DNA of 64,000 nucleotides from Fibrobacteria bacterium (GTDB lineage: Bacteria > Fibrobacterota > Chitinivibrionia > Chitinivibrionales > FEN-1185). The DNA lies in assembly GCA_037447435.1 (NCBI GenBank), contig JBBIGR010000015.1:1-64000 (forward strand). Direction: 5' to 3'. Below, piece after piece: positions 1-9,336 of this stretch. The notes below the pieces were generated by a model. It was not told the DNA's origin, made no database searches, and was given only the letters and a program-made list of their open reading frames with translations. Every line of letters starts with the position of its first letter. Positions within the stretch are counted from its first letter, which is position 1. Made by a program: the position numbers and the translations under genes.

Positions 1-77
1 CTGTACCATGCCGGATCAAACGATAATGGGGTGCCGAATGGGCAAGAATAGGCAGTAAGCACATAATGTAGGATTTG

Positions 78-329
78 TTAATTATTACAATAGTCAATTA
101 TTGCTTTATATAATGGCCGTGTTAGATCAATAATAATTTTCTTTGATTTATTTTTGGTTCCAGCAATATCCAAGTAAGCTGATTTCAGTGAGTCTAAAAT
201 CGGGTTTAAATGTTTTTGCAATTCTTTGTCTTTTGATGCTGTATTAATTTCATTAAGTTTGCCAAGTATAGTAGGTACAGTAGCCATTGAAGATAATGCA
301 GTAATTACTTTTTCTTTTTCAGTTTTCAT
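78..329 (-). CDS. hypothetical protein (~83 aa, MKTEKEKV...)
   Basis: ORF-track frame; ATG at 329 preceded by AAGGAG RBS; very AT-rich; no recognisable motif. Confidence 0.5.
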   Translation of the reverse strand: MKTEKEKVITALSSMATVPTILGKLNEINTASKDKELQKHLNPILDSLKSAYLDIAGTKNKSKKIIIDLTRPLYKAIIDYCNN

Positions 330-654
330 TTTTAACTCCTTTGATTCGTTACAAAGTATTAAAACAGAAAAACTTTCAGATTTTAACCCGCCCAACTGGA
401 GGTCATGTTTCTTAGCCAGCTATATATTTTTATTTTACAAATTTCATACAAGTTTATTGCGCCATAAGTATTGATTGATGCACAAATCTTGCATCATATA
501 TATCTATTTAGGTAATATTATCTATATTTTATCCAGCACAATTAACTCTCCCAATATAGAAAACTATAAAAATAAGAATACTTCCCTTTCATAAATATCG
601 TCCTCCAATACCTTCAAAGTCAAATAATTCGCCATATTACCCCATATCAATCTC

Positions 655-681
655 AGGTGTAATCAAACGTTGATTACACCT
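655..681. repeat. perfect inverted repeat AGGTGTAATCAA-ACG-TTGATTACACCT
   Basis: 12-bp arms are exact reverse complements; intergenic. Confidence 0.85.
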
Positions 682-806
682 TAACTTTCGCATTACCAAC
701 ATGTTATGAAAAACGGGAAAAATCGATTAATATGCCATCGTGGCGAAAGAGAAGAGCAAAGATGAGTGGAACATGGAGTATTTCTTTTGTACTCCTAAAT
801 AGAAAA

Positions 807-854
807 CCCGCCTGGTGCGCTTGTCTGTCGAAACAGACGAAGTAGCGTGGCGGG
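807..854. terminator. long bulged hairpin, likely intrinsic terminator of the hydrolase gene
   Basis: CCCGCC..GTCTGT-CGAA-ACAGAC..GGCGGG; T-run follows on the minus strand just after the 860 stop. Confidence 0.6.
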
Positions 855-859
855 CCTAA

Positions 860-1948
860 TCAATTCTTTCTGAATTTCCAATATGCACCGTTTTCCATTG
901 AAACCAGGCCAAAGCGATCTGCAGCTTTTTTGCCATCCTTGATCAGGTAAAACATATCCGAAATTATTGAGTTTTTATCCGAAAAATATGAATGTCCCAT
1001 TAGATCGGTCTCAACATCCGAAGCGTCTATTGATTCAATTCCTTTATATATGGTAATCTTTGGAGCCGAATCCCCTAGTCTTTGATGACCATTTACCTTT
1101 TTTGAAGCTTTCAATGCCAGGTCGTTTGAAGAGGCATAAAGAGTAATATGACTGTCTTGATTAACGAGACGAGGCGCAATGTCGTTTTTAAAAATACCGG
1201 CATCTACATCGGGAGCGGCAAGGATTATTTCCTTAATGACTTTTCTTTCTTTTGGATTACTTTGGTTCATTCTGCTCAATGCTTCCACAACTCCCCGATT
1301 TCCCATGCTATGGGCAATAACAACGACATTCTCGGCTTTAGTTTCTCTGATGAAATCAACGAAGAATTGAACTAAATGAGGCGTGGACCAGGCAATATTA
1401 TCGGCATCATGTGTGTATCCAACCAGTGTTCCCGTAGATGGCCAACTAAAAAACGCCGGAATACCTTTAAAACCTATGTCATAGGTAATTTGAGCGGTTC
1501 TTCGCGCGGCATCAACAAAGGTGACGTTATATCCATGGACGAAAATTATAGCCGTTTTAGAAGAGTCCGGATAGCTGGAATTGATATCCCGGAAAAAATC
1601 TTCTTTGGATTTCATTTTAATTTCCAAAACCGACACGTGTTTATCCGGCGTTTCGGTAAATTGCAATTTATACCATTTTGGTGATTCCAATACTCCCATT
1701 CGGTGATCTCTTGGAATACTGACCATACAATTTCCGTATTTGACATCCGATCGTTCCGATCCTACTTTTGTTTTAAGGTCTGTCGACGCTGTCGTATCCC
1801 TATCGGTTCCGAAGAAAACTTTTATTTGCGTATAATTGGCAAGTTTGTCTATTTCCACTTGAGATCTATTTGAGCAACTTTGTATCATTAATCCCGCAGC
1901 AATAATAAGGGAACATAAAATGCCTGTAAAAAACCGGATCCGAATCAC
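860..1948 (-). CDS. alpha/beta hydrolase (DUF900/esterase-lipase superfamily), probable lipoprotein
   Basis: FFGTDR, FVHGYN, FSWPS, AHSMG nucleophile elbow, LAAPD, GHSYF; N-terminal hydrophobic stretch ending in lipobox-like IQSC. Confidence 0.88.
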   Translation of the reverse strand: MIRIRFFTGILCSLIIAAGLMIQSCSNRSQVEIDKLANYTQIKVFFGTDRDTTASTDLKTKVGSERSDVKYGNCMVSIPRDHRMGVLESPKWYKLQFTETPDKHVSVLEIKMKSKEDFFRDINSSYPDSSKTAIIFVHGYNVTFVDAARRTAQITYDIGFKGIPAFFSWPSTGTLVGYTHDADNIAWSTPHLVQFFVDFIRETKAENVVVIAHSMGNRGVVEALSRMNQSNPKERKVIKEIILAAPDVDAGIFKNDIAPRLVNQDSHITLYASSNDLALKASKKVNGHQRLGDSAPKITIYKGIESIDASDVETDLMGHSYFSDKNSIISDMFYLIKDGKKAADRFGLVSMENGAYWKFRKN

Positions 1949-2076
1949 AAAGCCTCCTATGGTTAATATTGATAAAGGTGCTCGATAGGGGAAAACGCGT
2001 GTATGCAGAGTTTTTACAGCTTTTCATTTGAGGGTAAAAATCCTTTATCCCCAAGGGCTTTTATAAAACCCCGTAA

Positions 2077-2293
2077 TCAAAAGCTATTTTCAAAACAAAT
2101 GTCGGAGCAGAATATGGCTGACGGATTTATAATTCGACCTAAATTTACTTGGAAACCTGCTTTTACCAAAGCTGCGTAAGTAAAAAGTCGCACAGCCCGA
2201 CCATTGCCATTAGCAAATGGATGTATCCAGACAAACCTATGGTGAGAAATTGCAACCTTCAGATAGATTTAATTTTGGTTTTTCTGTTTTCAT
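2077..2293 (-). pseudogene. Fic-family gene remnant
   Basis: Manual minus-strand translation 2268->2077: [56 protein letters not shown]...; Fic motif HPFxxGNGRxxR; no in-frame start (stop just upstream); nearest ATG (2293) is out of frame. Confidence 0.8.
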
Positions 2294-2520
2294 ATTTGGT
2301 ATTTTATAAAATGTTTATTTGAAAGTTAATCTCGTAACATTATTTAATATAATGAATTATGACAATTAAAATCAAACAATGTTTTTGCTGCAATAAAATG
2401 ATTAATTGGTATGCCGGGGTGATTTTTGCGCCGCATTTATGCGGTTTTTTGCGCTATTGCGCTTGATTTTGTCGATATTGCATTCTCACATTGCCCATCC
2501 TTCGCCGTTAGGGCCGCATG

Positions 2521-2592
2521 TCAATGCGTTTCCCACAGGATAATCCCTGCTTCCCGCATCCTCTTGATTTGTTCCGAATTCTTCATACTCAT
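2521..2592 (-). pseudogene. possible methionine aminopeptidase N-terminal remnant
   Basis: MSMKNSEQIKRMREAGIILWETH* after an AGAGGA RBS; resembles Map N-terminus (KS..EI..MREAG). Confidence 0.45.
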
Positions 2593-2622
2593 ATTTTTAT
2601 TCTTCCTCTAGCGCGGGCGACA

Positions 2623-3267
2623 TTACGATTTAATAAGCCGGACTCCTAAATCAAATGCTTTTTTCAAATTCTCAGCTGTAATTTTTTCAATGCGACTTGA
2701 TTTTTCTTCTATATCCGGCATACCATACACATACTTTGAATAATCGTCGAACATAACGGTATCGGTCAAGGTCAGGAGTTCGCAACTGCCTAATGTATGA
2801 CCTAAAACTTCCGAAAACCATTCTAAAGAATCCTTAACTCCTCTTTTTATACAATCATCGCTATTCATATTCATTGTTGCTATCAACGCCGTTTTGAAGT
2901 TTTTAGGTTTGGGGCCTTTAGCCAAATGTCCGTAATCAAGATATTGGAAAAGCAATCGATCGGTAAATGAGCGCATTTGACCCGATAGATTTCCATAATA
3001 AACAGGTGAACCGAGAACGATTACATCCGATTGTTCAATACGTTCCAGCACGGGTTTAAGTTCGTCGTTTACCGTACAATGCCCAAAAGACTTGCTGTTT
3101 TTCAATTTGCAAGCATAACAACTAATGCAGTCTTTGAAGTTAAGATCAAAAAGATTTACAAATTCACTTTGCGCGCCAACGGATTTTGCACCTTCAAGAA
3201 CTTGGCGCAACATTGTTGCGGTATTTCCCTGTTTCCTTGCGCTGCCGCAAACGGCTATAATTTTCAT
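2623..3267 (-). CDS. flavodoxin-like / NADPH-dependent FMN reductase (iron-sulfur flavoprotein type)
   Basis: GSARKQGNT, CISCYAC...C motif, GSPVYYG; RBS AGAGGA before ATG 3267. Confidence 0.9.
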   Translation of the reverse strand: MKIIAVCGSARKQGNTATMLRQVLEGAKSVGAQSEFVNLFDLNFKDCISCYACKLKNSKSFGHCTVNDELKPVLERIEQSDVIVLGSPVYYGNLSGQMRSFTDRLLFQYLDYGHLAKGPKPKNFKTALIATMNMNSDDCIKRGVKDSLEWFSEVLGHTLGSCELLTLTDTVMFDDYSKYVYGMPDIEEKSSRIEKITAENLKKAFDLGVRLIKS

Positions 3268-3312
3268 CAAACATCCTCTTCTTTTCAATATTTGGATTTG
3301 GCTAAAAATAGT

Positions 3313-3753
3313 TTATCGGCCATTCTTCTTATGTCTTCCAATGCGCGCTTTTTTTTGTTTTAGTTTCCCCTGCAAGCCGGTTTTCAAATTCTTTATACTT
3401 TTCTTTTTCGAAATAGTTTCAAGGAACACTACCGGTTTTCCTTTTGCCCGTGGTCTTCGACGGTTTAAAAGCAGTTTCTCTCTCCAAATTGGAGGATATG
3501 CTTCAATAATTTTAAGCAAAAGGGCCGTTAATTCTTTTCTGAAGAAAAACCGGGGATTCATACTATAGCTTATTGTCCGACCATAGGATTTGGCAATTAA
3601 TATGCCATCAGATTCTAGGCTATTAAGTTCCCTTTTTATTGGACGATCCGGACATTTCCAGAAACCGGTTATTTCACGGGCATATCCTTGTTCTCTGGCA
3701 GCAATATAAGTGAGTACTCTTTCTCTGCTTAACGACCCTAATAGCGATTTCAT
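3313..3753 (-). CDS. winged-helix (ArsR-like) DNA-binding protein
   Basis: GYAREI...ELNSLESDGILIAKSYGRTISYSMNPR wHTH pattern; C-terminal NRRRPRAKGKP plus basic tail. Confidence 0.75.
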   Translation of the reverse strand: MKSLLGSLSRERVLTYIAAREQGYAREITGFWKCPDRPIKRELNSLESDGILIAKSYGRTISYSMNPRFFFRKELTALLLKIIEAYPPIWREKLLLNRRRPRAKGKPVVFLETISKKKSIKNLKTGLQGKLKQKKARIGRHKKNGR

Positions 3754-3783
3754 AAAGTAGTCCTTAAAAACTAATTCAGATTA

Positions 3784-3821
3784 GGGTCAATTATTGACCC
3801 GCATGGGTTATAATATAACCT
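3784..3821. promoter_or_regulatory. two adjacent palindromic operator-like sites upstream of the wHTH gene
   Basis: GGGTCAAT-T-ATTGACCC (3784-3800) and GGTTATA-A-TATAACC (3806-3820). Confidence 0.65.
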
Positions 3822-3891
3822 TTTAATAACTATAGATCAAGTAACCCATTTAAGGGGCAAGTGCCTGAGATCGTCTGTGGTATAGAGGCTG

Positions 3892-4425
3892 TCAGAAAGA
3901 ATAATACAGCGCTGTTTCTCCGGTTAATTGGATGCCCGTGCTGCTTTTATCGAGGTCCGAGGTGAATGCAAGCCCGAACATGACGTTGAACGATAATTTC
4001 CAAAAATGAATGTCCAGCCCTGGCCCGCCGCCAACGTATATCCTTTTGCTTTTTGTATAGGTAGTTTGTAAGAAAGAACCATTTTGATAGTTGTAGAAAA
4101 TGGTGGTTTCTTTGTCGTAGGAATACCAGCATTGAGCGCCGTAGTAGGCGAACAAATTGACAAACCGAGCTTCTTTGAGCATGCGTAGACCCACAACACC
4201 GAAGCTCATGGTGAAATTGGTTTTCGTGGAGTCGCTTGAATAAAAGGGCGCAAGGGTGATTTGAACGCCGTTTTTGCCTAGCCATTGCCGGTAGGACAAC
4301 CCATATCCCGTTACAAACCCGGCTGCGAGTCCGACATTGTATGTACCAACCTTGTTCTCATCGGCAAATGAGGTTGAAAGATTCAACGTACAAAGGAATA
4401 ATGCGATTGCAAGCAGGACTTTCAT
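3892..4425 (-). CDS. secreted protein, probable small outer-membrane beta-barrel
   Basis: Sec signal peptide; alternating aromatic/Gly strands; C-terminal YYSF. Confidence 0.65.
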   Translation of the reverse strand: MKVLLAIALFLCTLNLSTSFADENKVGTYNVGLAAGFVTGYGLSYRQWLGKNGVQITLAPFYSSDSTKTNFTMSFGVVGLRMLKEARFVNLFAYYGAQCWYSYDKETTIFYNYQNGSFLQTTYTKSKRIYVGGGPGLDIHFWKLSFNVMFGLAFTSDLDKSSTGIQLTGETALYYSF

Positions 4426-4726
4426 ATAGTATTCTCCTGAAAATTGATGCGCTAATAAGTAAATACAAAGGCAACTACCGCGACAATGCAGGATTTCAAC
4501 AGCAAACGAAGGTTCCCTGGCTTAGTATTTGCTTTATTCTCTAGTAGTTCCTGGAATTCGCAAATAAAGTAAATACAATATAAGATAAAGTAATTGGTAA
4601 AATCTTGTAAATTATTTTAGTCATATTTAATTTCCAAGTTCACCAATTATGGAGCTAAATTATCCATGGCGAGGGATTTTGAAGCCGCGTAAAAAGGGGA
4701 TAAGAATTCAGATATCTTGACCTATC

Positions 4727-5698
4727 TTATTTCGTATACAATTCCTTACAAATTGTTATACCGTCCTCGGAGCTGGATTTTGCCATTCCTTCAAGAAACG
4801 CCCTGGACTGCTCGGTTTCCAGATCGCCAATGGATTTAAGTACCATGAATTTGGAGATTTCACTTGTTTCACCGAGTTCCTTTTTGAGAAAAGGAATCTG
4901 ACCTTTGGGACCCAGATTGCCAATTGCAGACAATGCGCAGGCCCTGAAGAAGTTGTCTTTTGCGTTACAAAATTCCTTCAACGGCTCTATGGCCGCGGGG
5001 TTATTGGTTGCGCCCAATTCAAAGACTTTCCAGAACGGCCCATTGTCTTCCATCCCGATGTTTACTCTGATATGCTCCGATAGAAGCGCAACCCCGTTGT
5101 CTCCTACTTTTGCACCGATCGCGAGGCGGTTTATTTTAGTTGCTATTTCTTTAATCATAATTGACAAAGGCATATTTATGCAAGGCGTTTCGACTTCGTC
5201 CATGGACCACATCGGCACTTTGCCGTTGAAAAAAAATGCATGAAAGGGAAATGTCCCGTTTGCGTTGGTGACGGATCCTTTAAAGACATGAAATGATTCC
5301 CACGGTGCAAAGCCTCCCGATCTGCGGTTAATGATCTGGAACCGTTCCACATCCAGAGTCAGGTCGGCCTTCTGATCTGGGGAAGTCACGCAGGAAACCG
5401 GAATGTTCCGTGCGCACAATTCTTTTTCAAGATTCTGGGCCAAAAACGAAATGGGATCCCCGAGTTTTTCCAACTTAATTTTGACGGGAATGGCACTTGG
5501 AAACGGCTTGGCGAAAACGGTATCGTTGCCGACTCTTTTATCAACTATCCGGATAACGATTTTTTGATCCTGTACATCGGCATATTTCCATCTCGACACT
5601 GTCGGCTTACTGATTTTATACGTCAGCCCGCCGCATCCGGCAAGCAATAACGCAGCCGGAACGCACAATAAAACCAACACTTTTTTAAACACCATCAT
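4727..5698 (-). CDS. lipoprotein with C-terminal HEAT-like repeats
   Basis: lipobox LLLAGC; AIEPL..RACALSAIGNL..VLKSIGDL repeats. Confidence 0.7.
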   Translation of the reverse strand: MMVFKKVLVLLCVPAALLLAGCGGLTYKISKPTVSRWKYADVQDQKIVIRIVDKRVGNDTVFAKPFPSAIPVKIKLEKLGDPISFLAQNLEKELCARNIPVSCVTSPDQKADLTLDVERFQIINRRSGGFAPWESFHVFKGSVTNANGTFPFHAFFFNGKVPMWSMDEVETPCINMPLSIMIKEIATKINRLAIGAKVGDNGVALLSEHIRVNIGMEDNGPFWKVFELGATNNPAAIEPLKEFCNAKDNFFRACALSAIGNLGPKGQIPFLKKELGETSEISKFMVLKSIGDLETEQSRAFLEGMAKSSSEDGITICKELYTK

Positions 5699-5757
5699 GA
5701 ACCCTCCTTTTACCTTCCTACCTTCCGTACGCGCAAAGAAATTAATGTAAAATCAAG

Positions 5758-6594
5758 TTACGCGGTTATTGCTTTTGAGAGGAATTGACCCATGGCGTAA
5801 TGCGTTTTGAATTGGTTAAAACAGGATTGCCCCATGGCTTCGAAATCATTACCGGCCGACACAATAGTCGCGCATGTCTGTACCAGGGAATCGTACGGAA
5901 CCAGCGCCAGGCCGACACCCGGATACGGATATACCGAGGATTCTTCGGAAACCACGCAACAGGCATTGTTTAACAAATACGATACGCGTACGGCTTCGAA
6001 TATTTTCGCATTATAATGATGGACGTTCAAAACGATTTTAGCGCGGGCTATTGCTTCGTCCCGTTCCTTGCTATATACGCCGAACAGCGTTTTCACCCGC
6101 AATCCTGCCGCGTTCATTAATTGATTTATAATAACCTCGCGGCGCGGGCCGAGACTGCCGAAAAACAGCACGTCGATGTCCTTGTCTTTTTGCTGAACAA
6201 TTTGCTGTAAAGAGCGGTGAAACCCGACCGGAACATGCTTGGCCTGTATTCCGTATTGTTTGAGGAACGCTATATTCTCCTGCGAATAATCCCATACGCT
6301 GGAGGCATCCGAAAGAATTTGTTGAACGGTCGGCGAAAAAACGCCTTCGATAGCGCTGAGTTGTTCCAACTGATACGGTATATACCGGAATTTTTTAAGG
6401 GATTCGTGATTTTGGAGTAAATGAAACCCGAGCACCACGTTGATACGGTCTGTTGCCATTTCATTGACGGTCAAATCGCAATCCATTTCCATATCCCGCA
6501 AGGTGTTACGGATAAGGAATGCGACTTCGGTAAAACACTGCGAATGCACGTATCCGAAGGGAACAATTATGACTACCCGGTATTTTTCTTTCAT
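5758..6594 (-). CDS. glycosyltransferase-like protein (GT-B fold)
   Basis: DIDVLFFGS..RR, AKIVLNVH, FEAVRVSYLL..CCVVSE motifs. Confidence 0.7.
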   Translation of the reverse strand: MKEKYRVVIIVPFGYVHSQCFTEVAFLIRNTLRDMEMDCDLTVNEMATDRINVVLGFHLLQNHESLKKFRYIPYQLEQLSAIEGVFSPTVQQILSDASSVWDYSQENIAFLKQYGIQAKHVPVGFHRSLQQIVQQKDKDIDVLFFGSLGPRREVIINQLMNAAGLRVKTLFGVYSKERDEAIARAKIVLNVHHYNAKIFEAVRVSYLLNNACCVVSEESSVYPYPGVGLALVPYDSLVQTCATIVSAGNDFEAMGQSCFNQFKTHYAMGQFLSKAITA

Positions 6595-6670
6595 TTTTCC
6601 CTTTTATGATAAAAAAATATTGCCAAAAAAACTACACTAAGGTATTTTAAGAGACTGTTTGGACAAAAAT

Positions 6671-6745
6671 GGTCCCTTCGTCTAGTGGTTAGGACACAGG
6701 ATTTTCATTCCTGCAACATGGGTTCGATTCCCATAGGGACTACCA
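6671..6745 (+). tRNA. tRNA-Glu (anticodon TTC)
   Basis: cloverleaf: GGTCCCT/AGGGACT acceptor, CAGGA-TTTTCAT-TCCTG anticodon arm, GGTTCGATTCC T-arm, encoded CCA. Confidence 0.97.
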
Positions 6746-6760
6746 TCAATATACTACAAT

Positions 6761-6794
6761 GGCTTACGGATTTTTTCCGTAGGTCTTTTTTTTT
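6761..6794 (+). terminator. intrinsic terminator after tRNA-Glu
   Basis: CTTACGGA-TTTTT-TCCGTAGG stem followed by a long T-run. Confidence 0.75.
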
Positions 6795-6802
6795 GCTTCG
6801 TG

Positions 6803-7720
6803 TTACTGCTGCGCGTCCATCTTGATTTTCCGCATTCTCAAAAACAAAACCAGCGTGTGAATATAGGGGAATGTCAGCACGGCCAAAACCACGGGCGCGA
6901 ATAGCCGTGCCAAAGAGGTTGTAATTTCGATTTCGCCCTGCGCTTCGAATATTTCACGGTTAAAATCGGGCTCGCAATCGACATCGAATCTGTTTTGCGG
7001 CGTATCGACAAGCACATTCTTGAATGCCAAAAAATAGCCGAACGCCTTGCCGGTTTTTGCCGGATCGTCCAAGCCGAACGTCGCAAACGCTTTGAATTTT
7101 GTAAACGATACGATTTTAAAAAACCGTAACGCGGACCGAAGCATCCACGAAAGGATCTTCTTTCGCCAGAGTTCGTTACCCAGAAAAACGTAAATACGTT
7201 TGAAGAGCGGCGTTTTAAAAAAACCGAACAAACCCTTTTTCGGCGTTTGGTCGGATTCTTTTTTTTCCGTCTGTTTCGGGGGCTTTTCTTTTTTATCGGG
7301 CTTTGGCTTTGTTGTTTTTCTATTGTCCGGTTTTGCATCATGACGGCTTTGCCGAACGTCTACGGGAGGCACGGACGCTTTTTCCGTTACAAAGGGCTCA
7401 CTTGCCGGTGTTTGCTCCCGGGTTTGCCCCTGCAAAGGAACCTCAGGTTCAGGCGGACGCGAATCGGCGGACGCTTTTTGCGGGTTATTTTCAAACGAGA
7501 ATACCGTGAAGCGATGCAATAGAATTATCGAGGTCGCATCGGCAACGGGATCGAAAACGCAGTCGAAAATCCACGGATGAACAAACGAGAAATGCAATGA
7601 CGACAGGACGAAATCGTCTTTATACCGCGCTTTGCAAAGGAATTTGATCGGGGAAAACGACACAAACAGCGCAAAGAGGGCGACAAAGCCAAGGATAATG
7701 AGCAAAATCGACCAAAGCAT
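6803..7720 (-). CDS. hypothetical membrane protein (DUF2953-like C-terminal region)
   Basis: N- and C-terminal TM segments, Pro/Lys-rich linker, FGLDDPAKTG..G motif. Confidence 0.65.
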   Translation of the reverse strand: MLWSILLIILGFVALFALFVSFSPIKFLCKARYKDDFVLSSLHFSFVHPWIFDCVFDPVADATSIILLHRFTVFSFENNPQKASADSRPPEPEVPLQGQTREQTPASEPFVTEKASVPPVDVRQSRHDAKPDNRKTTKPKPDKKEKPPKQTEKKESDQTPKKGLFGFFKTPLFKRIYVFLGNELWRKKILSWMLRSALRFFKIVSFTKFKAFATFGLDDPAKTGKAFGYFLAFKNVLVDTPQNRFDVDCEPDFNREIFEAQGEIEITTSLARLFAPVVLAVLTFPYIHTLVLFLRMRKIKMDAQQ

Positions 7721-7745
7721 AGCAATGCTTTCTTAGAGGAAACCG

Positions 7746-8576
7746 TTATCCTGCCGTATAGGGCGTACCGGCCGGCGTCAGGGGATCCGTTGCCTTTTTT
7801 AAACGCATTCCGCTTTCGGTTATTATCTGGTCGACGATGATATCGTGATAGGCAAAAGGCAAGCGTTCGGTTTCGGGCATGATCTGGCAATCGAATGCTA
7901 TTGCGTAAATGGGAATGCGGCCTTTCATGTCTTTGAGAAACCGGTCGTAGGCGCCCTTGCCCCTGCCCAACCGGGCCCCGTAAATGTCGAAGGCGACGCC
8001 GGGCGTAATAATAACCTGAATATCGCTTTTAAAGAAATTATTCCGCTTTTCCTTGACCGGTACCATGATGTTGTTGCTGCCCAATTCGATGTCCGTGTCG
8101 AGGTTGGTTATTTCGCCGATGCCCATAGACGCGTCTTCGTTCATATACGGAATAACGACTCGTTTCCCCGCTGCGATCAGTTTCCGTATTTCTTCGCGTG
8201 TCGCGACTTCGGAACCGAGTTCAACGTACATCATGACCGAGCGGGCATTGCGATACGCGTCGTCGTTTCCCAAATGTCCCCATATGGCCGCGGTTTTATC
8301 GTCCCTGTCCTTTTGGGGCATTTCTTTGCGAACGGCAAGATATTTTTCGCGTATGGCGTTTTTCTTGACAATCACTTCCTGATCGTAATTGGGCATGGGT
8401 TCGTCGATGCGGGCGATTTCGTCGATTTCGCGGCGCACCTTGTCGCTATAGACGCGGACTTTGGCCAGAAAACGGGCGGTCTGGCGCAAAATGTTGGGAA
8501 TTTCCTTAGACCCGAAAAAGAGGAGAATAAGGACCAGAATGACCGCTATTTCCGAAAAATCAAGCCCCATGTTCAT
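7746..8576 (-). CDS. fusion: TatB/TatA-like N-terminal domain + 5-formyltetrahydrofolate cyclo-ligase
   Basis: aa1-55 FSEIAVILVLILLFFGSKEIP + amphipathic helix; remainder K..IR...L..R, SEVAT, PGVAFD..GARLGRGKGAYDRFL, HD..VD.IITE. Confidence 0.85.
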   Translation of the reverse strand: MNMGLDFSEIAVILVLILLFFGSKEIPNILRQTARFLAKVRVYSDKVRREIDEIARIDEPMPNYDQEVIVKKNAIREKYLAVRKEMPQKDRDDKTAAIWGHLGNDDAYRNARSVMMYVELGSEVATREEIRKLIAAGKRVVIPYMNEDASMGIGEITNLDTDIELGSNNIMVPVKEKRNNFFKSDIQVIITPGVAFDIYGARLGRGKGAYDRFLKDMKGRIPIYAIAFDCQIMPETERLPFAYHDIIVDQIITESGMRLKKATDPLTPAGTPYTAG

Positions 8577-9336
8577 GACGACGCTCCTGCGCGGTAAACG
8601 AGACGAGAATGCTTATGCCGTAAATTGCCAATAAGGGAATTGCCAGGAAAAACTGCGACAAGACGTCGGGCGGCGTCAGAACCGCTGCAACGATGAATAT
8701 CACCACAATCGCATGACGGACTTTGCTTACAAGAAACTTGGGGGTGATAAGCCCCATTTTCGTGAGCACCCACGACACCACGGGCAATTCGAAAATAGCG
8801 CCGCAGGCAAGGCTCATTTTAATAAGAAACGAAATATATTCGGTCGCCTTGAAATACGGTTCGATGATGCCGCCGCCGAACGTGGCGAGCACCTTGATCA
8901 TGAAGGGAATCATGAAATAGGCAAATGTCAACCCTGCAAAAAACGAAAACGTCGAGGAAATCACGATGGGCAGTATCATTTTTTTTTCTTTACCCAAAAG
9001 ACCGGGCGAAATGAACGCCCAGATCTGGTAAAACACAAACGGCATGGATACGACGATACCGCCGACAACGGCGATTTTCATGCTGAGCATGACCGCTTCG
9101 GCCGGCGCGGTAAAAATGAGATGCGGTTTAGGATTGGTAAATCGAAGCGGAAAAACCATAAGCAAGGTAAAGATTTTTTGCCAATAAATGAAGCACGGTA
9201 TCGCGCAAATAGCAATGGCAAAAACGCTTTTTATCAGCCTGCTTCGGAGTTCCTCAAGATGGTCGAGAAAATTCATGCCCTCGCGGGCAGAACTTTTATC
9301 CTTCTTTCTTAATTTCCGAATTAGGCTTGCTATCAT
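8560..9336 (-). CDS. tatC: twin-arginine translocase subunit TatC
   Basis: [35 protein letters not shown]. Confidence 0.96.
   Translation of the reverse strand: MIASLIRKLRKKDKSSAREGMNFLDHLEELRSRLIKSVFAIAICAIPCFIYWQKIFTLLMVFPLRFTNPKPHLIFTAPAEAVMLSMKIAVVGGIVVSMPFVFYQIWAFISPGLLGKEKKMILPIVISSTFSFFAGLTFAYFMIPFMIKVLATFGGGIIEPYFKATEYISFLIKMSLACGAIFELPVVSWVLTKMGLITPKFLVSKVRHAIVVIFIVAAVLTPPDVLSQFFLAIPLLAIYGISILVSFTAQERRHEHGA

Noticed and set aside
795..860. integron attC site
   Set aside because: Lacks RYYYAAC/GTTRRRY core sites; no similar repeats after neighbouring genes
3850..3890. GGGG..CTGAGA, TPP-riboswitch-like start
   Set aside because: Remaining aptamer elements are missing and no thiamine gene is adjacent
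6671..6800. tRNA-Glu as an integration site
   Set aside because: No duplicated tRNA 3' end or integrase seen; core genes follow immediately
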